Below, one piece after another: positions 14,401 through 26,422 of a DNA stretch of 64,000 nucleotides; within the stretch, counting starts at the first letter, position 1; every line of letters starts with the position of its first letter. The DNA is from Tubiluchus corallicola. Taxonomy: Eukaryota; Animalia; Priapulida. A model generated the notes under the pieces. The model searched no databases. It was not told where the DNA came from and worked only from the letters and a program-made list of their open reading frames with translations. The translations under genes and the position numbers were made by a program. The stretch is taken from NCBI GenBank assembly GCA_030141605.1, contig JAQGDQ010000815.1, forward strand, positions 28,682 to 92,681, given 5' to 3'.

Positions 14401-17400
14401 TTTTGAATTTGAATTTGATGTAATTTACCACAGTTACCAACATGACAACTCGCTCGCTAATGCAGAATTCATTTACCTCAGGCCATATTAAACCACTTTA
14501 TTTTGCTGATTGTCAGTTTGTAAATATGTGAAATACGTAAAGTTTATATTTTATTTTTGTACCTGTAATTTATTTTTGGCACTGATGCATTTACCTCCAA
14601 CAGTGGATGTTTTTTTACTATCACTGATTGAGCATCTTAATATTTTGTTATGATTCTCAATATATTATGGCAAATAAAGATGTCACTTACTTACTGTGTG
14701 TATAAACGTCTCAAGTTACAGTAATATTAGTAGTTATTACGGATAACTGAAAATTGTTCTCTTGTGCAGGTTTTGTGAAACTCTGATGATGGTTCGTAAT
14801 CGTCACCTGAACGTGGTTGAAACAATGGCTCAGGTACAGTATGCTTACACTGTTATGATTGAAGACACATAGCATGTCACGCTTTTTGCCAAATTTTCTG
14901 AAGATTTCTGAATTTTGCCTAAATACAGTGGTGGTTCATGTATATGTACTGTGGTACTGCAGCACCCCCCTGTTTTCGCTCGTTATCATCGATGTCGTTC
15001 AATATGATGGCTTTTTTCTTTAGTTCCTTATTTATACTTGTGTAAAACCGGAAGCACGTGAGGGTAGTACTGCATACTTCACAGCCCCAGCAATGTGGTA
15101 TTTGGCTGTTGTGCACATGCTGCTGTGCGCATATGTCTGAGATAAGTGCTGGGCTACCGTGTGCTGCTAGGTAGAGAAAGTGCTGTCACTAACACAGTGT
15201 CAGTTGTCACGTGCTTACAGTCATATTTTTGGATGTGATAAAGTGTAAACTTAGCGTGTGTGCTTAAAATATAAATAATTTCGTCATGGCCGCCTTGCAT
15301 CCCAAGAAATAAGTTCTGTGACTGTAATTGAACTACAACAGCTTAACTTTTCACAGTTGTCTCTGCAAGAGAAAGTTGCAGTTAAGATAAGAAGATATAT
15401 CTTCAAATATCTCAGCCAGGAACAAGCAACAGCAAGAAGTATATTCGTAGCTTTATTTCTAAATGGTACCAGCGGAAAAGTTGGCGTTGCGACTGTAAAG
15501 TAAAAAAATGCGTTGTTTTGCTTCCCGTGTTTGCTGTTTGGAGCTGACGAGACATGGACAAAAACATTAAAATTAAACATTTGTTACATTTTACACAGTA
15601 TTTAAAACAATGGCTGAAAATTTTCTGAAGCAGCACCCCCACTAATTTTAGCTACGAGTCGCCAATGCTTAAATATAACGGCCAGGGCTTTAAAAATTGC
15701 CCGTGATTTTTCTGCCCGTGACAACCTGTATTTGAACCGGCCTACTACTGGACGGTACATTGTTGCTAAGTTGTTGGCATTGTTGCCGACGACACCGCCG
15801 CACAAGCGCTCATGTCTGATGCGTTAGGTTAGATTAGTCGTTTGCACAGTACCCGTATGTTTATATAGTTCTGGTATGAAAAATTTCAGGGAGTTCTGGA
15901 GTTCAGGGATAGTCACGGCGTGGACAACATGATGGAAAACAGTCTACAGTACTTTCTGGACCGGTTCTACATGAGCAGAATTGGAATTCGAATGCTTATC
16001 AATCAACATAGTAAGTGTTACAGAGTAATCACCTCTCAAGGTGAAATTCGTATTCGTGTTTCAATTCGTCATTTCAGTACGTAGCAGTAGCAGAATAAGC
16101 CTTTCCAGTAGTTTCAGCGATTGATGACGATCGTGTCATCGAAGGTCAAAGGCTAAGTGTACTAGACAACGCATTTATGTACACTTGACAACGCCTGCTA
16201 TTCTAATAGTAAAAAAATAATAATAGTAATAATAATGCTTGTCTTTTACTTGGTGTATATTTATATTTCCCACTAATTGCATTTCATTTGGGACAGTAAT
16301 TCTGATGAAAAGGCTAAGCAATGGTAAATCGTTCTCAAGTAAAATTTGCCAAAAATGGTTCAGCTCCAGGGTGACTCACGAAATCACGTGCGAAAGCCGG
16401 AAGTGAACTGATGTTGCGGACACTTTCTTCTCAAATTCTTGTTTCGATTTAGTTATCTTGTGCGCACGACTTGTTTAATGTGTATTTTATTACATTAGAA
16501 CTTGTCTTTCACATGTGGCTGGACAGTAGAAATGTTCTGCGCGGCGAGTCGATCTTGCATTGACGAGCATCAGGAAATAGCCTTGTGTAAATAAACAGCT
16601 CCCTCTAGTTTCTCAAATAAACTTAATCGAAACAATATGTAGTGCCCGGCTTCATGTTAACCTTGAATTATTCATCGTGCTTCACAAGAGTATGATTTTT
16701 TATTCATCCCAACAGCAGCATTTTTGAGAACGAGGGGAACAGTCAAGTAGTCACAGCACGTGCTGTGCCAACAAAAGTTACGCAATACTGAAGCTGGTCG
16801 ATGAACGAACGCAGGGGCGCATCAGGACTTTACGGCACCTTAGGCTGAGAGTTCTATTCCTGCCCATGTCTACTCTGAATTTATGGTTGTTTATGTAATG
16901 AGCGGATTAAACAATTACTTTTGGTGTATTAAAAACTATATTAAACCCAGTTTCTATGTGGTCATTATAATTACATATTATATTCAAGTAGGCTGCGCAT
17001 CTGCTACTGTGCAATTACTTGCACTTGTTTGTTATGTGGCACTTATTTTGTAGCTAAACTCAATACCTGCATGTCGTTATTGAACCTATTGGTTGATACG
17101 CCCCTGAATGAACGAGTGACCACACAGTGGCTAACGAGTGACCACTCATTCACAACTCACTTTGAGCAGTTTTATTCGCCATACTGATTCTAGCTATTTA
17201 CTTCATTGAGAGTTAATCTCGACATTTCTCACAGCGAATAGACAAGTGAGTGTCAGCTCTCAATTACTGTAGGTGAGTAACTCACAGGAAATTTTGTTCT
17301 GTAGTCCGAACACGCTTGCGTGTTAGTTGGCGAGAAAACCCACTACTCTGATCGCGCCGTATCGGTATGCCTAATGCTACAGTCTGTTGTTATTTATAAA

Positions 17401-20400
17401 ATGTTTACTGTTTTGTTATGCAGAATGTCTCTCTGTCTGTTTCAGCTCTCCTTTTTGGACAGAACCTCAACGGTCATGCCCGGCATATTGGCTCTATAGA
17501 CCCGCACTGTGATGTACTCGCAGTTGTAAGAGGTAAGGACACATTTACACCTGACACTTGTGGCGCCATCGTTGCAAACCACGTTACAACGTTGCCAAAT
17601 TCTGTAGTGCGTGGTATTTTTTGTGCATTTCCTCCCTACGAAGTGCATGACTTTCTGAAACTTTGAAAAAATGTTATACGGTCTCTAAATTGCACAATAT
17701 CTTGCTGCAGGCATAAAAGAACCGATCTAAATTTCAACAAAAAAAGCAGAAGAATTTTCGAAACATTTTCGATTTTGGCTGCGGAAAGTTCTACGTAAGT
17801 CGCGCAAAAAGTTTCGCAATTTTTAACTTTTTTAGACAACAGAAGGACAGAAAAGTTTACTACCTAGAAGGACCGGCATGCTACACTTGATGCAATCATA
17901 GTTGCATTCTTATGCAGAAAGAAAACTAGTAGCTATCGGTCAGATTTTATTGAAATTCAATGATGCATCGGAAAAATCATCGACTTCTTATAAAATTGAA
18001 GCAATTTATGTAGTACACTTATAATGATTCCTGTAATGGAAGATTTCACAGTGCTTCGAGAACCTGCGTTCAGTCACGCCACCTGGTGGCCTGATTGTGA
18101 GAATCGACAATCAAGCGGGTCCAGACCTCGAGTTTTTAGCGCATAATAAGGCGTCAAATAGTTCACAGATTTACATTCACTGATGTATGTTCATAGACTT
18201 ACATTCGTCGTTTAGAATGTACAATATGTATTGACGTCAATTACGCTTCTGGTCCATCTAGATAGTGGCTAATAGTGGGAAAGTAACATTTCAGTCCTGA
18301 AAATCTGCGCAATAGTAGTTTGCAGTAAACCAGGAAAAGTAACAAAAATAGGAACACCCTCCAGAGGTTCGAGATATATGCACAAAATAAAAAATTGCTT
18401 CGATTGACACTAGGGGTGAGCGTTCTCTACCAGAAAGCGAATTTAAATTTAACCGAATTTCAGTATTTTGAATCCGAATCGACTTCCAATTGACTTTGAA
18501 AGATTTTCGAACAAGTTTTCGAACCACTAGTAAAAAGTGGTCTTACAAAGATCATGCATATTACTTGACTTTGTTCTGCAGTAAAACAGCTATTAATTTG
18601 TTAAAAATTTTGCACAGTAAAGAACATAAGTGGTTGAAATGCATAATGATTCAAATCTATGATTTTAGGTTCGAATCGAATTCGAACTAAAAAACGCATT
18701 CTAATCGAATTCGTTCGAACGTTCGATACTCACCCCTAACTGACACACCTTCTACTAGTGTTAAATACGTATGTTTCACCTTCTTCGTACAGAGTAACAG
18801 TCTCTAATAACACAATAATGTGCTAATAATCAATAACCTCTTTGCTGCGTCTTGCTAATATTTTCTACGTTTTAATTTACTTGTTATTTAGTTAACGAGT
18901 TATTACGTTTTCAGATGCTTATGACAACGCGAGGTTTCTATGTGATCAATACTATTTATCGTCTCCAGAAGTAGAAATCGAAGTTTCAAATGGTGAGTGT
19001 GTATTAGCAGTGAAATGTGCAAGTACTAAACCATCTAGAATGCCAATCTGCTGTTTAATCACGTGGGTAATCATATCAGAGATGTGTGTGCCTCGGATTT
19101 CCGGATTCGCGGAGCTAGTTCCGCAAGATTTTTCTGCGGATTTGCGAAGCTGCGGACCCACACTGCTTGCGGTGCCGGTGGGGTTGCAGGTTCCAACCTA
19201 TTTCTTAATTATTATTTGTGCATCTGGCTTCAAAACTGGAATATTAAGTTTTCTAAAGATTTATTAATTATAGTTTTCTTACAATGTATTAGCCAAAAAC
19301 ACGGATAACTAGTTACTCAGTAACTGGCTTCACATAGTTACTCAGTAACTGGTTTCACACAGTTACTCAGTAACTGGCTTCACATAGTTACTCAGTAACT
19401 GGCTTCACATAGTTACTCAGTAAGTGGCTTCACATAGTTACTCAGTAACTGGTTTCACACAGTTACTCAGTAACTGGCTTCACATAGTTACTCAGTAACT
19501 GGCTGCACATAGTTCTCAGTAAGTGGCTTCACATAGTTACTCAGTAACTGGTTTCACACAGTTACTCAGTAACTGGTTTCACACAGTTACTCAGTAACTG
19601 GCTTCACACAGTTACTCAGTAACTGGCTGCACATAGTTCTCAGTAAGTGGCTTCACATAGTTACTCAGTAACTGGTTTCACACAGTTACTCAGTAACTGG
19701 TTTCACACAGTTACTCAGTAACTGGCTTCACATAGTTACTCAGTAACTGGCTGCACATAGTTCTCAGTAAGTGGCTTCACATAGTTACTCAGTAACTGGC
19801 TTCACATAGTTACTCACTAACTGGCTTCACACAGTTACTCAATAACTGGCTTCACATAGTTACTCAGTAACTGACTTCCCATAGCTACTCAGTAACTGGC
19901 TTCACATAGTTACTCAGTAACTGGCTTCGCGTGCGAAAAATCGTCACATTCCCTAATCAGCGTCTCAGTTCTAGAAACTGTAATTTTTCCGTGGCAGATC
20001 CCGTGGAGTAGGGATCCAGTTATTGTACACAGTCTGTGGATTTTGTGGAGCCACTGTACCACACTTTGCGGGCGCAAAATAAGCGGGTCTGCTCATCTCT
20101 GGACGATATTGCCTCAAGTTGAGAAGCCATTTGTTGGCCAATCGATTTGCATGAAATTGAAAACCTTTGTGTTTTAGCGAGGAGAGACATCTAGCGCCCG
20201 TTTCCGAGACACAAAAAACTGCAATAAAAATATCTTTTGCAAAATTGCTAAACTTGACGCTGCATTGCAAAATATATGCCATTCCTTATCTTCTGATTAA
20301 TTTAACTTTCCATAACGCGCAATTTTACTGTTTCTGTTAGAATTATCTGCCTCTTTTGTAGCGTTGTTGGGTACAGTACTAACTGGCTCAGGTGATATAA

Positions 20401-23400
20401 ATGTAGAGTTGTGATGCATGTGGTGGCCCCATCTGGTGGCTGAAACTGCCAACTGAATGGCTGGGCGTATGATGTGCCGTGATTTTTCAGAAAATCACAT
20501 AAAACAATAGCCTATTACTCTATTTATAACAATGTATCGGTTCATCCGTTTCAGTTATTGGAAAGCGGGATGCGTCTATAACAGGGGTGTGCAAATTGCG
20601 GCCCGCCGAGAGAATTTGTGCGGCCCGCGAAGAGATTTGTCAACCTAATGAAAGTGTGGCCCGGGCGATGAATTGAGTGTATCCAGCTGAAGTCTGTGCC
20701 ACGATCCCAAAGATAGTGTGGGTAGTTTTTTCTACTAGATCGGATGCCATTATCCCTTACAAGACGGTTGTAGCTTAATAACACTGTACTACACAGACTG
20801 TGTGATACACATTACTAATATGTATTGTAATGAAATAACCACTGTGTCCTGAAAGTAGAAATATATGGTTTGTAATATAAATTTTAATAACTTCTAAAAT
20901 AGTTTCTTGAGTGTAGTAGTAACGATGTACGCAGAGAGGATGCAAAAAAATCGTTATTAGGCCTCACTGTACTTGGCTCGTTGATCAAACTGCCTGTGGC
21001 CCGCAGGAATTGTGGGAAAGTTTAATGTGGCCCGGCTAGTCAGATAATTTGCACACCCCTGTTCTATAAGTTTGTGCGTTGCTATTTCTTGCATTTCATG
21101 TCGCTGGTTATATGTTTTTTTTATGTTTTCTAGGCAATTCAGATGCAAGTAAACGAGTAATCATGTGTTATGTACCTTCTCACTTATATCACATGCTCTT
21201 CGAGTTGTTCAAGGTATGATAAATCTTGATAATCTTCATTTTTTGTGAGTCACTGTTTAATCTGGCAAAACTGTAATTATCACAATCTAAATGGCTTCAT
21301 CAGTGGAATTCCAGTTGTTTTACTAACTACAGCAATTTAACGTGAGATTTTTGATATCTCATCAATCAGTCAGTTCTGATTTTGATGTTTTTTGCATTCG
21401 GTTACAAATTTGTGTTGAAATTAAGCGCAATTTTCAATTAAATTAAATTAGTGAATATGCTGCTATGAGAAATCCAATAGATGTTTTTCTTTCCACACAT
21501 ATTTTCAATTAAATTTGTTGAATTAATTGAAAATATGTGTGGAAAGAAAAACATATATTGGATTTCTCATAGCAGCATATTCACTAATTTGTGCGGCTGG
21601 AGAGAGCTACGTTGAGGTCTGTGCAGTTAGCCTGGTTTGGTAGCTCGGAAATATTAGAAATATGTGTTTCCACCCTTGTCCTTTCAAAATTTACTGCAGT
21701 TGCTGCATCATTGTACATTTTATGGCCAAAGATAATGTATGCATGTTCATAATATTTCCTTCCTCCATGTTTATCCAACATATGTATGTTTTAGAATATG
21801 TTCATAGCATTTCCTTTCCCCTTGTTTGTCCAACATACGTGTGTTTTAGAATATGTTCATAGCATTTCCTTTCCCCTTGTTTGTCCAACATACGTGTGTT
21901 TTCCAATATGTTCATAGCATTTCCTTCCCCATGTTTGTCCAACATACGTGTGTTTTCGAATATGTTCATAGCATTTCCTTTCCCCTTGTTTGTCCAACAT
22001 ACGTGTGTTTTCCAATATGTTCATAGCATTTCCTTTCCCCTTGTTTGTCCAACATACGTGTGTTTTCCAATATGTTCATAGCATTTCCTTTCCCCATGTT
22101 TGTCCAACATACGTGTGTTTTCCAATATGTTCATAGCATTTCCTTTCCCCATGTTTGTCCAACATACGTGTGTTTTCGAATATGTTCATAGCATTTCCTT
22201 TCCCCTTGTTTGTCCAACATACGTGTGTTTTCCAATATGTTCATAGCATTTCCTTTCCCCATGTTTGTCCAACATACATGTGTTTTCGAATATGTTCATA
22301 GCATTTCCTTTCCCCTTGTTTGTCCAACATACATGTGTTTTCCAATATGTTCATAGCATTTCCTTTCCCCATGTTTGTCCAACATACACGTGTTTTCCAA
22401 TATGTTCATAGCATTTCCTTTCCCCTTGTTTGTCCAACATACGTGTGTTTTCCAATATGTTCATAGCATTTCCTTTCCCCATGTTTGTCCAACATACGTG
22501 TGTTTTCCAATATGTTCATAGCATTTCCTTTCCCCATGTTTGTCCAACATACGTGTGTTTTCCAATATGTTCATAGCATTTCCTTTCCCCTTGTTTATCC
22601 AACATACGTGTGTTTTCCAATATGTTCATAGCATTTCCTTTCCCCTTGTTTATCCAACATACGTGTGTTTTCCAATATGTTCATAGCATTTCCTTTCCCC
22701 TTGTTTGTCCAACATATGTGTGTTTTGGAATATGTTCATAGCATTTCCTTTTCCCATGTTTGTCCAACATATGTGAAATTTCAAACATACCTTTCATTTT
22801 AAATGTAAGTTATTTGCATTTATATATAAATGATAGTCGTTAGTTTTGCCTTTTTTTGTTTGTTTAGAATGCAATGCGAGCCGTAGTCGAGTTTCACGGT
22901 GAAACTGGGGATTATCCAAAGATAAAAGTTAATCTAGTCCTTGGTGCCGAGGATTTGACCATTAAGGTAACTAAAGCACAAAAATCCTTTACTTACATGA
23001 AAGCTAAAAAAATTCGTTTTGAAATTTTGTACCACTTGCATACTGTCTAATTGCGCATAGAGCTTGTATCAGCAGTAACGCTGTATAAAATTTGTAAATT
23101 TAAACTCCCGCAATGACCGTTAGGCGCAGCCATTTTAACGTTAAGTTGTTTGAAACGAGTTTAGATAACATTGGGTAAATTTTGAAAAAAAGGAGAGCAT
23201 TCGTAATGCTGTATTCACTAATGATTTACAAGCTTTATACAGCGTACAAAGAGTGATTTTTAAAAAAAACTTTTTTGATGAAGATTGATTTCTTGTCCTT
23301 TGATTTTGCAATAATAACTTTGTTCGTAGCACCACCAGTAAGTTGCTGTAGCAGTTTCTGATGAAAAGTCAACCACACGTGGACTCATTGTTGACAGATC

Positions 23401-26400
23401 CAAGTAGTTTAGCCTATTGTAGCCCATAGATTTGGACATATGACTGCAAGTAGTACAATTACACACTTGCATTGTTTTCTTAACTCGCCCCTAGATGGCA
23501 GTCAAGTACGACTGCAAGTAGTGCAGTTATACACTTGTATTGTTTGTTTAACTCGCCCCTAGATGGCAGTCAAGTACGACTGCAAGTAGTGCAGTTATAC
23601 ACTTGTATTGTTTGTTTGTTTAACTCGCCCCTAGATGGCAGTCAAGTACGACTACAAATAGTGCAGTTATACACTTGTATTGTTTGTTTAGCTCGCCCCT
23701 AGATGGCAGTCAAGTACGACTGCAAGTAGTGCAGTTACACACTTGCGTTGTTTTTTTAACTCGCCCCTAGATGGCAGACAATAATTGCTCAGTCACCAAA
23801 GCAACACCAACTTTAGCAATGCCCATTCCGGCAGCGTGAAGTTAGAAGCTACAGCAGGCCAATGAACATAGCAGCTGCGTGTCACAATCACCATGGCAAC
23901 GTGTTGTTTCAGCTAAGCTGTGGCTTGTTGCTGCGTGAAATTTTACACAATTTTTTTACAAATATCATTAGCACACAGCATTTGCTTGAACAACGTATTC
24001 AGTTGGATATTTCATTAGCTATTTGAAGATGCTGGCTGCTGTTTTTGTTTAGTTAGGCAAATAACTTAACCGTTTGAGAAAAATCTGCCGGTACCCATGA
24101 AAAACGCTTCATTTGCTGAACAAAACAGCATAAAACACTTTATGTATTTACTGAAAACGCACAAAACCCAAAAATGATCTTGACACAAAAATGTGGTCAT
24201 TACTGTGAAAGTCATGTTTGAAGTTGTAGATCACTCACTTGTAGAACAAGAATAAAAAATCTATAATACATATGTGCACTGCACAAAACAGAAAAGTGTT
24301 TATTAAACTAAAGACACATGAGTAGCATGTCTGCTGTACTGAACACTGAGAATGAGAGAGTCCTGCACTGAACACTGAGAGTTAGAGAGACTAGAAAGTA
24401 AAACCAGTCAGTATATATAGGTATAGGTGTCCTATGCAGACTTGCACAGGCTTCACAACAACCATTACTTTAAAATAGGGAGAGAACCAGTGAATATGCA
24501 TTCACTGGACTATACAATTATACTGGGGGTAAGTAGCTGGTAGAATGTAACAGGATTAGTTCATAGATGGCAGCACAAAATTAAAAATGTCAATTACAAC
24601 TTCCACAATTACGAAGCTGAAAAACCCCTCTTAATAGATCCATTGGTTGGTTTTACCTGCAAAGATTCATTGTAACAAAAATTAAGGAATATTTGTGTAA
24701 AAAGTGAAATTTATCGATGACCAGTAAGTTAATCAGGCACAACAATGAAACTTGTAATTGCATTATTCGCATTAGCTCGAAACTCAGTAAATTTTGGACT
24801 TAAATGTATTGGACATTTTTCAGATGTCTGATCTTGGTGGCGGAATACCTCGGAGTCAGATCGACATGCTGTTTCAGTACATGTATTCAACCGCACCGCG
24901 ACCTCTACCGGGCAATTCCGACGTCACCGTACCGCTGGCTGGATACGGATACGGCCTACCTCTGTCCAGGCTGTACGCTCGCTACTTTCAGGGCGACCTG
25001 CAGATTTACTCCGTCGAAGGATACGGCACCGATGCCATGGTTTATCTCAAGGTAACTTTATTGTCTGAACGAATCAAACTTTTCTATCGTTGGCCCAAAT
25101 GGTTTGTAGTGACGGGCGATTTTCAAATTTTCTCATTCAGTTACAAATCTTGTTCTTGTAATTTGAAATCCCGATTAAACTTTTGCGGTAATTTTCTAGT
25201 GTTTTAGCCATATTTTCCCAAACATTGCAGCACTGAAATATAGCCAGGCCACTTTATTTAGGTTATTTGACCTAAATAGCCTAAATAGCTTATTTAGGTT
25301 GTTTTTCAGATTTTATTTAGGTCATTTTAGGTTTTTGTTAAATTAGTGCTGAATTCGATGCCAAAAAGTCAGATTTTTAGGCTGTTATAGTGATATTCAT
25401 TTATTTTGTTCTTTCATTTCAACACAGTGAATAAATTGTACCAAATTATTCCTTATCACTATCAGTTATCACATTTTCATCAGTTCAAAAAAACTGTTTT
25501 GCTTGGAGGCACCCCCCCCCCTCCAGGCTGAAGTCTGTCATGCTCTGCTTGTAGCAATCTTTGATTTCCCCAACAATGCTAAAGTCAGCCTCTACAGTAG
25601 CAGTTGACAGAGAGAGAGTTGCATGTCCTCCAGAAAATTCCATCAAGGAAGAGTAGCGATCGAAGTTCTTCCAAGCTTTCTTTAATTAAAACAGCTAACC
25701 GTGTCCTAAAATTTCACCCTAACTTTATTAAGTTTCATAGTTTCCTTCCCAATGAAATCCAAGCTCGAAGTTTGCATAACGAGTAAAACGTTCGAAATCG
25801 CGTTCCATACTTTCTTTGGAAATGTCGCCTTCACATGCGATTTCATCTTATATAAAGTGCCGTGAAAAAGTTAAAAGTATTAGAAAATTAGAGACTGTCT
25901 TTCTGTTTTCATGTAAAACTGAAATTTGATGAAGTGTGCCATTTTTAACGTTTAAAGTTCAAATAAAAACGTGTCGAAATGCAACATATTGTGCGTACGA
26001 GCGAAATAGTCATTTAACTATTAAGTACTATAAGCCAGCACAAAACTTTAGATTGCATATTACTCTTGTCAAATGCAAAAGTGAGTTTTGCCTATTTAAA
26101 ACGGAACAAGTTTAGTTTCTAACAAGTAAAAGACCTCACTTATTGCCTGTGAACCTTGTTTGATGTTTTTGATATTCTGTGCTAATAACATTTTTGCCGA
26201 AGTAAAGCCCCTTCTTTGCTTTAGGCACTTGAAAGTGAAGCGAACGAGCTAATCCCGGTCTTCAACAAAACGTCGCTGAAGCAATACCGTCAAGGCATCG
26301 CGACGCCCGACTGGACGACGTCCACCAGCTCCTTCGCCAGTAAATCCTTTAGCGTTGTGGGCGCACGATGTATGCAGGCGTACGCACGAAACGTGCAGTC

Positions 26401-26422
26401 TGTCGGCCAGGTGGGGAGCTAG
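4926..26422 (+). CDS. PDK: Mitochondrial pyruvate dehydrogenase kinase (spliced, 5'-incomplete)
   Basis: Exons 4926-5064, 12636-12707, 14770-14833, 15890-16010, 17446-17532, 18915-18992, 21134-21213, 22868-22966, 24824-25051 and 26225-26422. All have AG/GT boundaries and matching phases. Motifs: [32 protein letters not shown]-box ELFKNAMRA, G1 DLGGG, G2 [20 protein letters not shown] and the C-terminal DW motif. Stop TAG at 26420-26422. Exon 1 was not found. Confidence 0.96.
5301..10059. repeat. Direct tandem duplication of ~2.39 kb (5301-7692 / 7693-10059) in a PDK intron
   Basis: Both copies start cctccacccgtcttgaatat and end ctggagggtgag; ORF pairs 6105/8488 and 6866/9249 are near identical. 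Confidence 0.95.
6672..7071. mobile_element. hAT-type MITE (second copy 9055-9454)
   Basis: TIRs cagggcctatttca / tgaaat(g/a)ggccctg and a perfect 8-bp TSD AGCAGATG. Confidence 0.9.
11328..11953. mobile_element. hAT-like non-autonomous element whose right end is tandemly repeated (~59-bp unit x4, 11731-11953)
   Basis: Left end tagtgacgtagcta; right end tagaacctggctacgcccc(t)g repeated four times. Confidence 0.6.
12636..12707 (+). CDS. PDK: PDK exon ([24 protein letters not shown])
   Basis: Boundaries ttccag|G ... AG|gtaagc; phase matches; completes the WYVQSF motif. Confidence 0.9.
13334..13844. mobile_element. Tc1/pogo-type MITE (related fragments ~36589-36730, 63358-63435)
   Basis: TA|cagtattgtccgcataactcaaat ... 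atttgagttacgcggagtttactg|TA. Confidence 0.8.
14045..14338. mobile_element. hAT MITE (second copy inverted at 61178-61434)
   Basis: TIRs cagtggttcccaaa / tttgggaaccactg with perfect TSD CATTAACC; the second copy has TSD AATTAAGT/AATAAAGT. Confidence 0.92.
14770..14833 (+). CDS. PDK: PDK exon ([21 protein letters not shown])
   Basis: Boundaries tgcag|G ... CAG|gtacag; RNRHxxVVxTMAQ motif. Confidence 0.92.
14926..15667 (+). mobile_element. Internally deleted hAT transposon with relic TTF-type zinc-finger transposase N-terminus
   Basis: Imperfect TIRs cagtggtggttcat / acgagtcgccaatg; TSD CCTAAATA/CTTAAATA; disrupted peptide [14 protein letters not shown] / [20 protein letters not shown] at ~15445-15567. 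Confidence 0.75.
15890..16010 (+). CDS. PDK: PDK exon ([10 protein letters not shown]...[19 protein letters not shown])
   Basis: Boundaries ttcag|GGA ... A|gtaagt; hallmark PDK motif. Confidence 0.95.
17446..17532 (+). CDS. PDK: PDK exon ([29 protein letters not shown])
   Basis: Boundaries ttcag|CT ... G|gtaagg; HIGSIDPxC motif. Confidence 0.93.
18411..18738. mobile_element. hAT MITE with TAGGGGTGAG ends (also 28627-29005; partial ~45264-45450 and ~48243-48535)
   Basis: TIRs taggggtgag / ctcaccccta; TSD ATTGACAC/ACTGACAC here and CTTGTGAT at the 28627 copy; subtermini rich in ttcgaa. Confidence 0.88.
18915..18992 (+). CDS. PDK: PDK exon ([26 protein letters not shown])
   Basis: Boundaries ttcag|AT ... 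G|gtgagt; LCDQYY motif. Confidence 0.93.
19311..19930. repeat. 25-bp minisatellite, ~25 copies, with palindromic core AGTTACT-C-AGTAACT; lies inside a probable hAT-like element 19077-20101
   Basis: Unit agttactcagtaactggcttcacat; flanking cagagatg...catctctg inverted ends. Confidence 0.93.
20582..21061. mobile_element. hAT MITE with caggggtgtgcaaatt ends (copies 62741-63200 and inverted 54086-54629)
   Basis: 16-bp TIRs; TSD GTCTATAA/TTCTATAA here and a perfect CCGTAATC at 62741-63200. Confidence 0.92.
21134..21213 (+). CDS. PDK: PDK exon ([27 protein letters not shown])
   Basis: Boundaries tctag|GC ... AAG|gtatga; [15 protein letters not shown] motif. Confidence 0.94.
21445..21590. repeat. 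Inverted repeat, 68-bp arms with 10-nt loop
   Basis: aaattagtgaatatgctgctatgagaaatccaat...ttttcaattaa and its reverse complement; one mismatch. Confidence 0.92.
21767..22775. repeat. 55-bp minisatellite, ~18 copies
   Basis: Unit tgtttgtccaacatacgtgtgttttccaatatgttcatagcatttcctttcccc(t/a). Confidence 0.95.
22868..22966 (+). CDS. PDK: PDK exon ([11 protein letters not shown]...LGAEDLTIK)
   Basis: Boundaries tttag|AAT ... AAG|gtaact; completes the N-box. Confidence 0.94.
23440..23778. repeat. 68-bp tandem repeat x5, each unit carrying a CTCF-like motif
   Basis: tcgcccctagatggcag at 23485, 23553, 23625, 23693 and 23761. Confidence 0.9.
24200..24610. mobile_element. Dispersed repeat shared with ~54930-55362 (unclassified)
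   Basis: Collinear blocks gaaagtcatgtttga..gttgtaga, cactgaacactgag, gtcagtatatataggtatagg and tagatggcagcac. Confidence 0.8.
24824..25051 (+). CDS. PDK: PDK exon (MSDLGGGIP...[20 protein letters not shown]...YLK)
   Basis: Boundaries ttcag|ATG ... AAG|gtaact; G1 and G2 boxes; lies within ORF 24794..25207. Confidence 0.96.
26225..26422 (+). CDS. PDK: PDK last coding exon ([15 protein letters not shown]...PDW...GS*)
   Basis: Acceptor ctttag|GCA; ALxxEAxExxPVFNK and DW motifs; TAG stop. Confidence 0.9.
   Translation, partial: ALESEANELIPVFNKTSLKQYRQGIATPDWTTSTSSFASKSFSVVGARCMQAYARNVQSVGQVGS

Noticed and set aside
17418-17445. Alternative upstream acceptor or ATG for the PDK exon
   Set aside because: The AG at 17422-17423 is 22 nt upstream and would shift the frame; homology starts at 17446.
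19311-19930. CRISPR-like array (short palindromic repeats)
   Set aside because: The units are contiguous with no unique spacers, there are no cas genes, and the context is a eukaryotic intron.
21767-22775. CRISPR array or coding repeat
   Set aside because: It is a head-to-tail 55-bp minisatellite without spacers, and the frame shifts with every unit.
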